From Desulfobacterales bacterium (GTDB lineage Bacteria > Desulfobacterota > Desulfobacteria > Desulfobacterales > Desulfosalsimonadaceae): DNA of 64,000 bases. The stretch lies in NCBI GenBank assembly GCA_046537995.1, contig JBKHJS010000001.1:68-64067 (forward strand), in the 5' to 3' direction. The notes under the pieces were generated by a model. The model did not search any database, was not told the DNA's origin, and saw nothing but the letters and a program-made list of their open reading frames with translations. How positions within the stretch are numbered: position 1 is the first letter of the stretch; the number at the start of each line of letters is the position of its first letter. This document shows, one piece after another, positions 63,948 to 64,000 of this stretch. A program made the translations under genes and the position numbers.

Positions 63948-64000
63948 CTTGATCCTTTGCACCCAACACTTGAAGAAAAGAGGGCGGCCGAAAGGCAAGC

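Overview
GC-rich chromosomal window, densely packed with about 62 protein genes and one tRNA. Almost all of it is housekeeping. The protein sequences and the intergenic repeat family look like a Desulfobacterales-type deltaproteobacterium, but that is a low-confidence impression, not a search result.

Gene content, left to right:
- An RHH antitoxin gene running off the left edge, a truncated integron-integrase stump, and lexA.
- cysQ, a sat/cysC fusion and a nucleotide-sugar dehydrogenase.
- A complete minus-strand trpEGDCFBA operon.
- cinA, djlA, pepA, a UDP-glucuronate-epimerase-like gene and a DUF2905 gene.
- tRNA-Arg(CCG), folC, rpsU, adk and cca on the minus strand.
- coaE, rho-rpmE-prfA-prmC, then rpsB-tsf-pyrH-frr-uppS-cdsA-dxr-rseP-purL-purQ.
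- DUF4124 and LysM proteins, a DAHP synthase-aroB pair, and a small HTH/Zn-ribbon regulator.
- An HtrA remnant, patatin, TPR and M23 genes, then argC.
- An ACT-domain gene, a five-gene Liv-type ABC transporter and a paaK-like ligase.
- folD, secA, clpS-clpA-aat, a HIT gene, leuCD and hisE.

I see no CRISPR array, no rRNA, no intact mobile-element gene and no obvious defence island. The unexplained signal is almost all non-coding:
1. Tandem heptanucleotide arrays (NNRAACC / RGAAGAC units) sit just 5' of ribosome-binding sites at four or more loci. This is the pattern I cannot assign to any described element class.
2. A 150-170 bp MITE-like inverted-repeat family has four full copies and one solo end. 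Every copy is co-oriented with the flanking transcription, and two lie inside operons.
3. There are two candidate ribosome-mediated attenuators: a trp leader peptide with WWW, and an aro leader with FFWCW.
4. The integron-integrase stump abuts lexA directly, behind a GAAC-N4-GTTC palindrome.
5. A 15-nt motif is shared by the rho, rpsB and secA promoter regions.

The ORF track uses GTG/TTG starts and often over-extends N-termini, so several starts are re-called here. Many long ORFs antisense to recognisable genes are GC-content artefacts.
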